From positions 1-62,672 of the forward strand of contig CAZWBZ010000004.1 of NCBI GenBank assembly GCA_964632605.1: DNA of 62,672 bases. Direction: 5' to 3'. The translations under genes and the position numbers were made by a program. Positions 42,402 through 52,047 of the stretch are shown piece after piece; the first letter of the stretch is position 1; the number at the start of each line of letters is the position of its first letter. The stretch comes from an uncultured Candidatus Saccharibacteria bacterium (GTDB lineage Bacteria > Patescibacteriota > Minisyncoccia > Phycocordibacterales > UBA9973). The notes beneath the pieces are model-generated. The model did no database searches. It was given only the letters and a program-made list of their open reading frames with translations, and had not been told where the DNA came from.

Positions 42402-42887
42402 ATGGAAGACGTACATAAGAGACCTACATGGGATGAATATTTTATGACCTTGGCTGACATGGTTGGCACTCGTGGTACTTGTGACCGTGGACGTGCTGGA
42501 TGTGTTATTGCTATAGACAAGAGAATTGTAACTACAGGCTATGTTGGATCCCCAGCGGGTCTTCCTCATTGTGATGAGGTTGGGCATGAAATGCATACTG
42601 TTACTCAAGAAGATGGTACTCAGTCTAGGCACTGTATTAGAACTGCTCATGCTGAACAAAATGCTATAAATAATGCTGCACGTGACGGTGTTTCTGTAAA
42701 AGGAGGAACAATGTATTGCAAAATGCTTCCTTGTTACAAATGCGGTCAGAGTATAATTAATGCAGGAATAGTTCGAGTGGTTGCAATGAAAGATTACCAC
42801 GGCGCTAATCGTACCAAAGAAATTTTTAAAGAAGCAAATATAAATTTTGAAGTCTTGGGTGAAATGGAGACTTATAAAGATATGTAA
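42402..42887 (+). CDS. dCMP deaminase
   Basis: Zinc motifs HAEQNAI and PCYKCGQSI, and N-terminal RPTWDEYFM. The ATG at 42402 is preferred over the TTG at 42387. Confidence 0.85.
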   Translation: MEDVHKRPTWDEYFMTLADMVGTRGTCDRGRAGCVIAIDKRIVTTGYVGSPAGLPHCDEVGHEMHTVTQEDGTQSRHCIRTAHAEQNAINNAARDGVSVKGGTMYCKMLPCYKCGQSIINAGIVRVVAMKDYHGANRTKEIFKEANINFEVLGEMETYKDM

Positions 42888-42890
42888 AAT

Positions 42891-42925
42891 AAAAAGCGTT
42901 TAAGTTTTTAACTTAAACGCTTTTT
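42891..42925. terminator. Bidirectional terminator between convergent genes
   Basis: aaaaagcgtttaagtt-ttt-aacttaaacgcttttt is a perfect 16-bp stem with A/T runs on both sides. Confidence 0.75.
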
Positions 42926-42928
42926 ATT

Positions 42929-43870
42929 TTAGACTGCAATAGGTGCTTTAATACTATCGTGCGGGTTATAGTCTACTAATTCGAAATCATCTATTGTAAA
43001 ATCTTCTATATTCTTAATCTCTTGGTTTATTTTCATTGTCGGCATTGGACGCAAATCATTACGTCTGGATAGCTGAATATCAGCTTGTTCTAGGTGGTTA
43101 TTGTATAGGTGGGTATCACCGCCGGTCCACACAAATTCTCCGGGCTCTAGACCTGTGACCTGGGCTATCATCATAACTAGCAAAGAATAGCTAGCAATAT
43201 TAAAAGGTACCCCTAAAAATGTATCACAACTTCTTTGGTATAGCTGGCAAGATAATTTACCGTTAGCTACATAGAACTGGAATAGACAGTGACATGGTGG
43301 CAATCCTGCTTTTGCCATTTCATCAATATCGGCAACATTCCAAGCTGAAACTATCATTCTACGGTCGTTTGGATTTTTCTTTAGCTGCTCGATAACATTT
43401 TTAAGTTGGTCAATATGTCCGCCATTTGGGGTTGGCCAATTACGCCATTGGTAACCATATATTGGACCAAGATTTCCATAGTCTTTCGCAAAAGTTTCGT
43501 CTGACTTTATTTTTTCAATGAATTCTTTTATACCAGTATTCCATTCTTCATTACCAGTTGCTGGTACAGGTATATTATTTCTTATTAGGTAAGCTTTGTA
43601 TGGCCATTCATCCCAAATATGTACATTATTATCTGCTAAATATTTTAAATTTGAATCTCCTCGAACAAACCAAATTAGTTCGTGGATAATTGCTTTTATG
43701 GGAACTTTTTTTGTAGTTAATAATGGAAAACCTTTTGATAAATCAAATCTCATTTGGTGTCCAAATATTGAGATTGTACCTGTGCCTGTACGGTCGCCCT
43801 TTTGAGAGCCTTCTTCTTTGATTCTTTCGACTAAATCAAGATATATATTATCTACGTGGTATTTATCCAT
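42929..43870 (-). CDS. thyA: Thymidylate synthase ThyA (long form with ~50-aa insertion)
   Basis: DRTGTGT, LPPCH catalytic Cys, [13 protein letters not shown]. The insertion is of the type seen in Lactobacillus casei-type enzymes. Confidence 0.92.
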   Translation of the reverse strand: MDKYHVDNIYLDLVERIKEEGSQKGDRTGTGTISIFGHQMRFDLSKGFPLLTTKKVPIKAIIHELIWFVRGDSNLKYLADNNVHIWDEWPYKAYLIRNNIPVPATGNEEWNTGIKEFIEKIKSDETFAKDYGNLGPIYGYQWRNWPTPNGGHIDQLKNVIEQLKKNPNDRRMIVSAWNVADIDEMAKAGLPPCHCLFQFYVANGKLSCQLYQRSCDTFLGVPFNIASYSLLVMMIAQVTGLEPGEFVWTGGDTHLYNNHLEQADIQLSRRNDLRPMPTMKINQEIKNIEDFTIDDFELVDYNPHDSIKAPIAV

Positions 43871-43879
43871 AGCTTTTTA

Positions 43880-44386
43880 TTATTTCTTATAAATTACGAA
43901 ATCAAAATCAAATTCGTGGTCATCATCTTTAGAATTGTGTGTTCGAGAAATTTCCTTAAAAATATTTTTGTCCCATTCTGGAAAGAATGTATCAGCATAA
44001 GGGAAGACTCCGTTAACTTCGGTAATATAAAGCGTGTCTAAATAGGGAAGAGCTTGGCGATAAACTTCGCCGCCGCCTATTACAAAAACTTCGTCTTTGT
44101 AGTCAGAATTTTCTTTTTGGAATTCTGTAGCTTTTTCAATTGCGTCTTCTATATTTTTCGCAACAATTACGTTTTCATATACCCAGTCGTCTTGGCTGGT
44201 TATAACTATAGATTTACGTTTCGGCAAGGGTTTGCCGATAGATTCAAAAGTCTTACGCCCCATTATCATAATAGAGCCAGTTGTGTGGTCTTTAAAATAG
44301 TTAAAATCCTTAGGCAGGTGCCATAGCAATTGACCGGCTTTCCCAAGTTCTCGGTTTTGGCCAATAGCGGCAATAAGTGAAATCAT
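43880..44386 (-). CDS. folA: Dihydrofolate reductase
   Basis: MISLIAAIGQNRELGKAGQLLWHLP..D...F...T.G..IIMGRKTFESIG. The ATG at 44386 is preferred over the track's TTG at 44404. Confidence 0.85.
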   Translation of the reverse strand: MISLIAAIGQNRELGKAGQLLWHLPKDFNYFKDHTTGSIMIMGRKTFESIGKPLPKRKSIVITSQDDWVYENVIVAKNIEDAIEKATEFQKENSDYKDEVFVIGGGEVYRQALPYLDTLYITEVNGVFPYADTFFPEWDKNIFKEISRTHNSKDDDHEFDFDFVIYKK

Positions 44387-44392
44387 GAGCTG

Positions 44393-44398
44393 ATTATA
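44393..44398 (-). promoter_or_regulatory. TATAAT box ending 6 nt before the folA ATG (minus strand): leaderless-type promoter
   Basis: The minus strand reads gcgaTATAATcagctcATG. Confidence 0.4.
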
Positions 44399-44443
44399 TC
44401 GCAAAATAGGGTTATTTTTCTACTATTCTATAAGATTGGTCCA

Positions 44444-44452
44444 TGTTATAAT
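44444..44452 (+). promoter_or_regulatory. Extended -10 box (tgttataat) upstream of glyA
   Basis: TGn+TATAAT about 81 nt before the ATG at 44534, in the divergent folA/glyA intergenic region. Confidence 0.35.
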
Positions 44453-44533
44453 AAGCCTATTAATATAAGGCTAATAATACTATGATTTAACTTTCGTCTT
44501 TTGCCCCTTTATTTAACAGGATAAAAAATACTT

Positions 44534-45733
44534 ATGATAGACAAACAAATAGAAAAGCTTATTCTAGCTGAAGACAAAAGACAAAAGAGCGTTATTAATC
44601 TTATAGCATCTGAGAACATTGTTTCTAAAGATGTACTAGATGCATTAGGGTCAACACTGCAAAATAAATATGCCGAAGGCTACCCGGGCCGTCGCTACTA
44701 CGGTGGAAATGAAATTATCGACCAAATAGAAAACCTATGTATCGAAAGAGCATTAAAACTTTTTGGATTAAAAGAAAAAGATTGGCATGTAAATGTACAA
44801 GGTCTTTCAGGGTCTCCTGCAAACTTTGCAATTTATTCTGCACTGATTCCTCCAGAATTTGGTAGTGACGGTAAGCCCACAAAAAAAATAATGGGAATGA
44901 AGCTAACCAGTGGCGGCCATCTTACACATGGGCACCCTCTTTCTATGACTGGTAAATTATGGAAGCCTATTCAATTTGAGCTGGATCCAAAAACAAAAAT
45001 GATAGATTACAAAGCCTTGGAAGCAATAGCGATAAAAGAAAAACCGGACATAATAGTAGCGGGCTTTACTGCTTATCCAAGATTTGTAGACTTTAAAAAG
45101 TTTCGTCAAATTGCTAATAAATGCGGAGCACTTTTGCATGTAGACATGTCTCATTTTGCAGGTCTTGTAGCTGGCGGGGTTTACCCATCACCATTTCAAT
45201 ATGCTGACAGCGTTATGACTACTACACACAAATCTTTGCGCGGGCCACGTCATGCATTAATGTTTGTAAGAAAAGACAAAAGAGAGCTTGATAAAAAGTT
45301 AGACAAGACAGTAATCCCAGGACTATTTGGCGGACCACATGAAAACACTATTGCAGCGGTTGCTGTAGCATTAAAAGAAGCTGATACACCAAAATTTAAA
45401 ACTTATTCAAAACAAGTTGTAAAAAATGCAGCAGCTCTTTCAAAAGAATTGGGAAATCTTGGCTGGGGTATTATTTCTGGAGGGACTGATTCTCATCTTA
45501 TACTTGTAGACACATGGCTTAATGGTGCGGGCGTATCTGGATCTGACGCTAGTAAAAAATTAGAAAAAGCTGGAATCATCGTAAACATGAACACAATTCC
45601 AGGGGACACTCGTAGCGTTATGGACCCATCTGGAATTCGTCTTGGTACATGCGCAGAAACTACTCGCGGCAAAAAAGAAAAAGATATGATTGCTATTGCT
45701 CGCAAAATCGACAAAGTTCTAAGATCTAAATAA
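44534..45733 (+). CDS. glyA: Serine hydroxymethyltransferase
   Basis: LIASEN, YAEGYPGRRYYGG, and the PLP site TTTHKSLRGPR. Confidence 0.92.
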   Translation: MIDKQIEKLILAEDKRQKSVINLIASENIVSKDVLDALGSTLQNKYAEGYPGRRYYGGNEIIDQIENLCIERALKLFGLKEKDWHVNVQGLSGSPANFAIYSALIPPEFGSDGKPTKKIMGMKLTSGGHLTHGHPLSMTGKLWKPIQFELDPKTKMIDYKALEAIAIKEKPDIIVAGFTAYPRFVDFKKFRQIANKCGALLHVDMSHFAGLVAGGVYPSPFQYADSVMTTTHKSLRGPRHALMFVRKDKRELDKKLDKTVIPGLFGGPHENTIAAVAVALKEADTPKFKTYSKQVVKNAAALSKELGNLGWGIISGGTDSHLILVDTWLNGAGVSGSDASKKLEKAGIIVNMNTIPGDTRSVMDPSGIRLGTCAETTRGKKEKDMIAIARKIDKVLRSK

Positions 45734-45750
45734 CTATATCTAATACGGCT

Positions 45751-45778
45751 AAAGGCGCATCTAGAATGATGCGCCTTT
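45751..45778 (+). terminator. Intrinsic terminator after glyA
   Basis: aaaggcgcatc-tagaat-gatgcgccttt. Confidence 0.7.
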
Positions 45779-45922
45779 CGTAATTAGCCTGTCGAAAAAT
45801 TATGCGTACCTGTGGGTACACTTATTAATACGCAAGATTTTTAATATTATTACAATATAGACACCTATATATCAGGGTATGGTATACTATAACCATATTC
45901 GTTATTAATAATATACAGTACA

Positions 45923-46366
45923 ATGTCACAAAATTTAGCAATCTTTGTTATACCTTTTATTGGTGCAGTTCTTGCAACTGTTATCCAAAGTATTTGGTAT
46001 GGTCCACTATTTAGTAAAGCTTTCATGAAAGCAATGGGTGTTGACCCAATGATCCCTCCAACAGAAGAAATGAAGAAATCAATGATGATTTCAATAGTTC
46101 TTGAACTAATCATGAACTTTATACTATTCTTCGGATTCTTCACACTATTAGGTATTGCAGGTGCAGTTACATACATATCTGCTGCAATATTTGCTGCGAT
46201 CTTCTGGTTCTTTATGGTTATGCCACTAAAAGCTAGTAGTGCTATTTGGGCAGGTAAGGGTACAAAATCTAATTGGGTTTTGTTTGCTCTTGGTGCAGGT
46301 GTGTCACTAATTTCATTTGTAATAGTTGCTCCAGTATTTATCTGGCTAGTTAACTTTATAAAATAG
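45923..46366 (+). CDS. DUF1761-like small membrane protein
   Basis: WYGPLFSKAFMKAMG near the N-terminus and four hydrophobic segments. Confidence 0.55.
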   Translation: MSQNLAIFVIPFIGAVLATVIQSIWYGPLFSKAFMKAMGVDPMIPPTEEMKKSMMISIVLELIMNFILFFGFFTLLGIAGAVTYISAAIFAAIFWFFMVMPLKASSAIWAGKGTKSNWVLFALGAGVSLISFVIVAPVFIWLVNFIK

Positions 46367-46373
46367 TTTATCT

Positions 46374-46757
46374 ATGAAGCGTTATATCTCAGAATTCAAA
46401 TCATTTGCTTTGAAGGGCAACGTAATGGACCTGGCTGTTGGGGTAATCATCGGAGCAGCTTTTGGTAAAATTATTGATTCATTAGTTAAAGATGTTGTTA
46501 CTCCAATACTTGGAATATTCATTGGAGGAGTAGATTTTACAAAATTATCTTTTGGTATCGATAGTACTCAGGTGATGTATGGTAATTTCTTGCAAGCAAT
46601 ATTCAATCTGCTTGTTGTAGCTGCGGCTTTGTTTGTTTTGATTAAAGCATTAAATAGAATGCGTAGAGAAAAAAAGACAGAAAAAGATCCCGACCCTGCA
46701 CAAACTCCAGAAGACATTGCGCTTCTTACAGAAATCAGAGATCTTCTGAAAAAATAA
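46374..46757 (+). CDS. mscL: Large-conductance mechanosensitive channel
   Basis: FKSFALKGNVMDLAVGVIIGAAFGKIIDSLVKDVVTP is the canonical MscL N-terminus. Confidence 0.9.
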   Translation: MKRYISEFKSFALKGNVMDLAVGVIIGAAFGKIIDSLVKDVVTPILGIFIGGVDFTKLSFGIDSTQVMYGNFLQAIFNLLVVAAALFVLIKALNRMRREKKTEKDPDPAQTPEDIALLTEIRDLLKK

Positions 46758-46771
46758 AAAATGTATTTGTT

Positions 46772-46811
46772 AATAAAGACGCTACTATTACACGTAGCGT
46801 CTTTATTTTTG
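46772..46811 (+). terminator. Intrinsic terminator after mscL
   Basis: aataaagacgctac-tattacac-gtagcgtctttatt plus a T-run. Confidence 0.75.
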
Positions 46812-46818
46812 CTATAAT
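46810..46818 (+). promoter_or_regulatory. Extended -10 box (tgctataat) ending 8 nt before the ATG
   Basis: TGn+TATAAT at 46810-46818; ATG at 46827. It abuts the terminator T-run. Confidence 0.45.
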
Positions 46819-46826
46819 ACAAATAT

Positions 46827-48140
46827 ATGAAAAACATACTTCGCACAATGGACAGCAAGGTTGCCACCTTGTTTATTATTGGAATTACAGCTTTTCTCTT
46901 GGCTATGGCACCAATGATTTATGGGCCAATTGTAAGATCTTTTGCCATGCTGGATCAAAACACTTTGTTTGATATTTTTGTACTGGTTGGTGTTCTTGGT
47001 TTAGTTTTTTATGTTGCAATTGAAGCTAAAAAGCATTTACATATTCCATATGCTGTAACATCTATCATATTTGGTATTGCGGGTTATGTTCTTTGGAATA
47101 CTCTGTTTACAATAGATTCTAATTTGTATTTAGTCGTGGGTACTGCAGCTACTGCTTTTGCTGTGTTCCGTCGCGGACTAATGGTAGATAATAACGCCCC
47201 TAGAAAAATATTTTGGAAAAATATATTTTCCGGGATAGTAATAGCTATCGTTTTGTTTGTTGTTACAAACTTTTGCTTAAAAATGTTTTTCCCAGATTTA
47301 TCTGTGGCTATGAATTATTCAGCCAGTGCGATACTTCTACTTTTGGGTGCACATGTCCCTGGAAAATTACTTTCTAATATGGGCACAGTTCGTTTCTCTT
47401 ACGACATGACTTTGCTTGTTATTATTTATAACTTCCTACTATTTAGTTCTCGTGTTTTGCCAGACAGTATTTTAAATATCTCAGCAAACTTGGCTATATA
47501 TAGCTCAGCTATCACTAGTAGTGTGTATGGAGTTTTAGTCGGTCTTCTTGGTGCTTATCTTTTACATAGACATCATAATATGTGGGTAGCAGCTGGGCAG
47601 TCTAATAAAGAAAACCTCTATACTTTGACTTTGCTTTCTATAATCTTAGCCATTTCTTTAATGGTTGGGGCAAATCCATTTATTGCTGCAGGTATCATGG
47701 GTCTACTTGTTACAATTCGTGACTCAAAACAAAACCCAGAAGAACATGTTCTTGCAAAAGCTGAATCTATTTTTGTTATGGTAGCCTTTTTGATTATTGG
47801 GGCAAGTATTCCATTTAGCGCCCTTGTAGCATTACTTCCATTTGGTGGAGTAGTTACTCTTTTTGTAACAATTATTGCAATGGTTTCTATTGCTATGCTT
47901 TTTACTCTTTTTGGGAAAATTGGTTTTCTTCCTCATGCACACATAAGATCTTATATATTGGAAGTTTATAATCGTCACGATAGTGCCATTATGGTGGGGT
48001 CTTTGGCTTTGTTTGCGGCGGCTTATCTAAGAATGGAGTATATTTTAATAATTACTTTAGTAATAGTTTTCTCTATTGCAGTAGAATATCTTTTCCCTTG
48101 GGTTATTAGACTTGTTAAAAGTGATTCTGTACAAGAATAA
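46827..48140 (+). CDS. Polytopic (~12 TM) membrane protein, possibly cation/proton-antiporter-like
   Basis: Long hydrophobic ORF. The family assignment is not secure from sequence inspection alone. Confidence 0.45.
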   Translation: MKNILRTMDSKVATLFIIGITAFLLAMAPMIYGPIVRSFAMLDQNTLFDIFVLVGVLGLVFYVAIEAKKHLHIPYAVTSIIFGIAGYVLWNTLFTIDSNLYLVVGTAATAFAVFRRGLMVDNNAPRKIFWKNIFSGIVIAIVLFVVTNFCLKMFFPDLSVAMNYSASAILLLLGAHVPGKLLSNMGTVRFSYDMTLLVIIYNFLLFSSRVLPDSILNISANLAIYSSAITSSVYGVLVGLLGAYLLHRHHNMWVAAGQSNKENLYTLTLLSIILAISLMVGANPFIAAGIMGLLVTIRDSKQNPEEHVLAKAESIFVMVAFLIIGASIPFSALVALLPFGGVVTLFVTIIAMVSIAMLFTLFGKIGFLPHAHIRSYILEVYNRHDSAIMVGSLALFAAAYLRMEYILIITLVIVFSIAVEYLFPWVIRLVKSDSVQE

Positions 48141-48162
48141 TTTTTTTAGATAATATTTATAT

Positions 48163-48711
48163 ATGCAAACTAAAAAAGACGCACACACTATCATTGGGAT
48201 AATTATTGTATTAATAGTAGTCATTCTTTCTATTATTGGATATAAAAAATTTGGTAAAACAGTTCCTGCTCCTCAGGTAGAAAACGGAATTGTTACAGAA
48301 ACAGATGTAAATGCTGTTCCTACTGGTTCTGAATTATTAGGCAAAAAAGATGTAAATAAAGTGGAAGCAAAACAAGTTATTAAAAAAGACAGTGGTCTTG
48401 TTATCGAAATACAAAAAGAGGGAACAGGCGTTGCTGTAAAATCAGGAGATACTGTAAGCGTTGATTACCGTGGTATGTTCACTAACGGTACAGTCTTTGA
48501 TGAATCATACAAGCGCGGGCAGCAATTCTCTTTTACTGTTGATGGCGGGATGGTTATAAAAGGATGGGACGAGGGCCTGCTGGGTATGAAAGTAGGCGAA
48601 AAAAGACGTCTTACCGTACCATCCAGTCTTGGTTACGGACCGAACGATTATGGCCCAATTCCAGGCGGATCTACCCTTATATTTGATATAGAATTACACA
48701 AAATTAACTAA
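48163..48711 (+). CDS. Membrane-anchored FKBP-type peptidyl-prolyl isomerase
   Basis: [16 protein letters not shown]...F.....[27 protein letters not shown]. Confidence 0.85.
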   Translation: MQTKKDAHTIIGIIIVLIVVILSIIGYKKFGKTVPAPQVENGIVTETDVNAVPTGSELLGKKDVNKVEAKQVIKKDSGLVIEIQKEGTGVAVKSGDTVSVDYRGMFTNGTVFDESYKRGQQFSFTVDGGMVIKGWDEGLLGMKVGEKRRLTVPSSLGYGPNDYGPIPGGSTLIFDIELHKIN

Positions 48712-48722
48712 AAATTTGCTAA

Positions 48723-48753
48723 AAATCCCTCTCCTGAATTAGGAGAGGGATTT
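48723..48753 (+). terminator. Intrinsic terminator
   Basis: aaatccctctcct-gaatt-aggagagggattt. Confidence 0.75.
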
Positions 48754-48756
48754 CTC

Positions 48757-48785
48757 TTGCTATTTATGGCTTCTTATGTTACTTT
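48757..48785 (+). promoter_or_regulatory. Candidate promoter of the rpsL-rpsG-fusA operon
   Basis: TTGCTA (48757-48762), 17-nt spacer ending in TG, TACTTT (48780-48785). Confidence 0.3.
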
Positions 48786-48793
48786 GTATTCAC

Positions 48794-48813
48794 AAGCGCG
48801 CATTGCGCGTTTT
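48794..48813 (+). promoter_or_regulatory. GC-rich hairpin + T-run in the rpsL leader (possible attenuator or protein-binding site)
   Basis: aagcgcgc-att-gcgcgttt is an unusually GC-rich element in an AT-rich leader. Confidence 0.3.
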
Positions 48814-48867
48814 AATAGTAGTGTACGGTTATTCGAATATCTGGCGGGTAAAAGTACTTAAGAATAA

Positions 48868-49308
48868 ATGCCAACAGTAAATCAACTAGTTCGAAAAGGT
48901 AGAGTGAAGGTTTCGAGAAAATCGAAAGCCGTGGCTTTAGCGCGCGGATTTAACCAACTTCATAATCGACCTGTATTATACCCATCTCCATTTAAGCGTG
49001 GGGTATGTACAAAAGTTACTACTACAACTCCAAAAAAGCCTAACTCTGCTGTACGTAAGATCGCTCGTGTGCGTCTAACAAACGGTATGGAAGTTACAGC
49101 TTACATTCCTGGTATGGGACACAATTTGCAAGAACACTCTGTGGTTATGATCCGCGGTGGTCGTGTAAAGGACCTTATCGGAGTACGTTACCACATCGTT
49201 CGTGGTCGTCTTGACGCGTCAGGAGTCGACAAGCGTCGCAAAGAGCGTAGTAAATACGGTGCAAAGCGTCCTAAAGCAGGAGCTGACACTGGCGCTAAAA
49301 AGAAATAA
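48868..49308 (+). CDS. rpsL: 30S ribosomal protein S12
   Basis: [12 protein letters not shown]...[32 protein letters not shown]. Confidence 0.95.
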   Translation: MPTVNQLVRKGRVKVSRKSKAVALARGFNQLHNRPVLYPSPFKRGVCTKVTTTTPKKPNSAVRKIARVRLTNGMEVTAYIPGMGHNLQEHSVVMIRGGRVKDLIGVRYHIVRGRLDASGVDKRRKERSKYGAKRPKAGADTGAKKK

Positions 49309-49324
49309 TATTTAGATTGAAATT

Positions 49325-49795
49325 ATGCGACGAAAAGTAACAAACAGAAATATAGTCGGTCCAGACCGTAACTATAACTCAGAAAAACTATCTAAATTCA
49401 TAAACGTTATCATGCTTGATGGTAAGAAAAATACTGCAAACACTATCGTTTACGGAGCTTTTGATATAATTAAAGAAAAAACAGGAAACCCAAACCCGTT
49501 GGAAGTTTTTGATCTTGCTATTAAAAATTCTTCACCACTTATCGAAGTTCGTTCTCGCCGTATCGGTGGAGCTAACTACCAAGTTCCTCGTGAAGTAAGA
49601 AAAGAACGTCAGCAAGCTCTTGCTATCCGTTGGATCATCACATCAGCTCGCGCTGTAAAAGGTAAACCAATGGCAGAACGTCTAGCAGACGAACTAATCT
49701 TGGCTTCTAAGAACGAAGGTAACGCTGTAAAGAAACGCAGTGATACACACAAAATGGCTGAATCTAACAAAGCCTTTGCTCACTTTGCTTGGTAA
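49325..49795 (+). CDS. rpsG: 30S ribosomal protein S7
   Basis: Canonical S7 sequence (IEVRSRRIGGANYQVP...AFAHFAW). Confidence 0.95.
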   Translation: MRRKVTNRNIVGPDRNYNSEKLSKFINVIMLDGKKNTANTIVYGAFDIIKEKTGNPNPLEVFDLAIKNSSPLIEVRSRRIGGANYQVPREVRKERQQALAIRWIITSARAVKGKPMAERLADELILASKNEGNAVKKRSDTHKMAESNKAFAHFAW

Positions 49796-49828
49796 TTTTA
49801 TAAAAATAAAACAAAAAGATAATTATAT

Positions 49829-51970
49829 ATGGAGAGAGATTATCCACTAGAAAAGGTTCGTAATTTCGGGATTATTGCACACATTGATGCTGGTAAAACT
49901 ACTACATCAGAACGTGTTCTTTACTATACCGGAGTATCACACAAGATCGGTGAAGTTCACAATGGTGAAACTACAACTGACTGGATGGAACAAGAAAAAG
50001 AACGCGGTATTACAATTACTTCTGCGGCTGTTACTTGTTTCTGGCAACCAACATACGCACCAGGAGACAAAAACAAAAAAGTACGTTTCAACATTATTGA
50101 CACACCTGGGCACATCGACTTCACTGTAGAAGTAAAACGTTCTCTTCGTGTACTCGACGGTGCTGTTGTTGTATTTGATGGTGTAGCAGGAGTAGAACCT
50201 CAAAGTGAGACTAACTGGCGTTACGCTGATGAAGCTAATGTTCCTCGTATTTGTTTCATTAACAAATTAGACCGTACAGGTGCATCATTCGAAAAATCTT
50301 TTGCATCTATTCTTGATCGTCTTTCAAAGAAAGCAGTGCGTGCACAGCTTCCAATTGGACTTGAAGAAAACCATGAAGGAGTAGTAGATCTTTTAACTAA
50401 GACTGCTTACAAATTCGAAGGAGAAATGGGAAACAAAGTTATTGCAACTGAAATCCCAGCTGACATGACTTCCGACGTGGAACTATACCGCGCAGAACTT
50501 ATCGAAAAAATTGCACTTAATGATGAAGCAATGATGAATGATTACCTAGAAGGTAAGGAAATTCCAGTTGATAAATTAAAGACAGTTTTGCGTAAGGCTG
50601 TTATTGCTAACGAAATCTTTCCAGTATTTGCTGGTAGTGCTCTTAAGAACAAAGGTGTCCAACTAGTGCTAGATGCTGTTGTGGACTACCTTCCATCACC
50701 ACTTGATATTCCTCCAATCCCAGGTATTAACCCAGCAGATGATACTCCAATGGTACGTCATGCAGATGACAAAGAACCTTTTGCTGCTCTTGCTTTCAAG
50801 CTAGCTTCTGACCCATACGTTGGACAATTGGTATTCTTCCGTGTTTACTCTGGTTCTTTGGAATCAGGTTCATACGTTTATAATCCACGTACAAGAAACA
50901 AAGAACGTGTTGGCCGAATCTTGCGTATGCATGCTAACGATCGTGAAGAAGTTAAAAAAGTTTTCGCTGGAGAAATCGCAGCTGCTGTAGGTCTTAAAGA
51001 TACTATTACATCTGATACTATTTGTTCTGAATCAAATCCAATCGAACTTGATCGTATCGTATTCCCAGAACCAGTTGTGTCACTTCGTATTGAACCAAAG
51101 ACAAAAGCTGACCAAGAAAAAATGGGTATGGCATTGTCACGTTTGGCTCAAGAAGATCCAACATTCAAGGTTTCTACTGACCAAGAAACAAACGAAACAA
51201 TCATTGCAGGTATGGGAGAACTTCACCTTGAAATCATTGTTGACCGTATGAAGAGAGAATTCGCTGTAGAAGCAAACGTTGGTAAACCAATGGTGGCATA
51301 CAGAGAAACTATCACTAACCCTGCAGAAGCAGAAGGTAAATACATCAAACAATCTGGTGGACGTGGTAACTATGGACACACTCGTATCCGTATTAAACCA
51401 ATGGACATGTCTGTTGATAAAGATGATCTGCCAAAAAATACAAAGCGTGATGATCACTTTGAATTCATCAACACAATCAAATGAGGTGCTATTCCGAATG
51501 AATACATCCCAGCTTGTGAGAAAGGATTTAAAGAAGGTTTGGATCGTGGTGTTGTTGCAGGATTTAAAATGGTTAACGTTTCAGTCGAGCTATATGATGG
51601 TTCTTACCACGATGTTGACTCTAACGAAATGGCTTTCAAAATCGCAGCTTCAATGGCTATCCAAGATGCATGTAAACTGGCTCGTCCTGTAATCCTAGAA
51701 CCTATGATGAAAGTAGAAGTTGTTACTCCTGAGAAATTCATGGGAGACGTAACAGGAAACCTTTCTTCAAAACGTGGACTAGTAGAAGGTATGGAAGATC
51801 GCGGTATGAACAAAGTTGTTCGCGCAATCGTTCCATTGTCTGAAATGTTTGGATACATTAACTCTCTTCGTTCTATGACCGAAGGACGCGCATCATTCAC
51901 TATGGAATTTGCTCGTTATGATATTGTTCCACCAAACGTAGAAAAAGATATTGTTGCAGCTCGCAAATAA
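49829..51970 (+). CDS. fusA: Elongation factor G, continuous only if TGA 51482-51484 is decoded as Gly
   Basis: G1 AHIDAGKTT and DTPGH motifs. The two track ORFs (49829-51484 and 51539-51970) share a frame. Read-through gives FINTIK-[TGA]-GAIPNEYIP, which aligns with the conserved [16 protein letters not shown]. Confidence 0.9.
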
Positions 51971-51980
51971 TATAACTACT

Positions 51981-52020
51981 ATATAGTAAAAACCCGCTGA
52001 AAAGCGGGTTTTTACTATAT
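51981..52020 (+). terminator. Intrinsic terminator after fusA
   Basis: atatagtaaaaacccgct-gaaa-agcgggtttttactatat is a perfect 18-bp stem. Confidence 0.8.
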
Positions 52021-52030
52021 TACCTAAATG

Positions 52031-52039
52031 TGGTAATAT
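52031..52039 (+). promoter_or_regulatory. Extended -10 box (tggtaatat) ending 8 nt before the ATG
   Basis: TGn+TAATAT at 52031-52039; ATG at 52048. Confidence 0.45.
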
Positions 52040-52047
52040 AACAGGGT

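Noticed and set aside
42366-42800. 144-aa minus-strand ORF antisense to dCMP deaminase
   Set aside because: The plus-strand frame carries the complete HAE/PCxxC deaminase signature. The antisense product is low-complexity and has no start or promoter context.
49829-51970. EF-G as a pseudogene, a frameshifted gene or a selenoprotein
   Set aside because: Both parts are in the same frame with a single TGA. The flanking sequence aligns without gaps to the conserved EF-G motif. The TGA position corresponds to an invariant Gly, not Cys/Sec. No other gene uses TGA as a stop. Codon reassignment explains all of this better.
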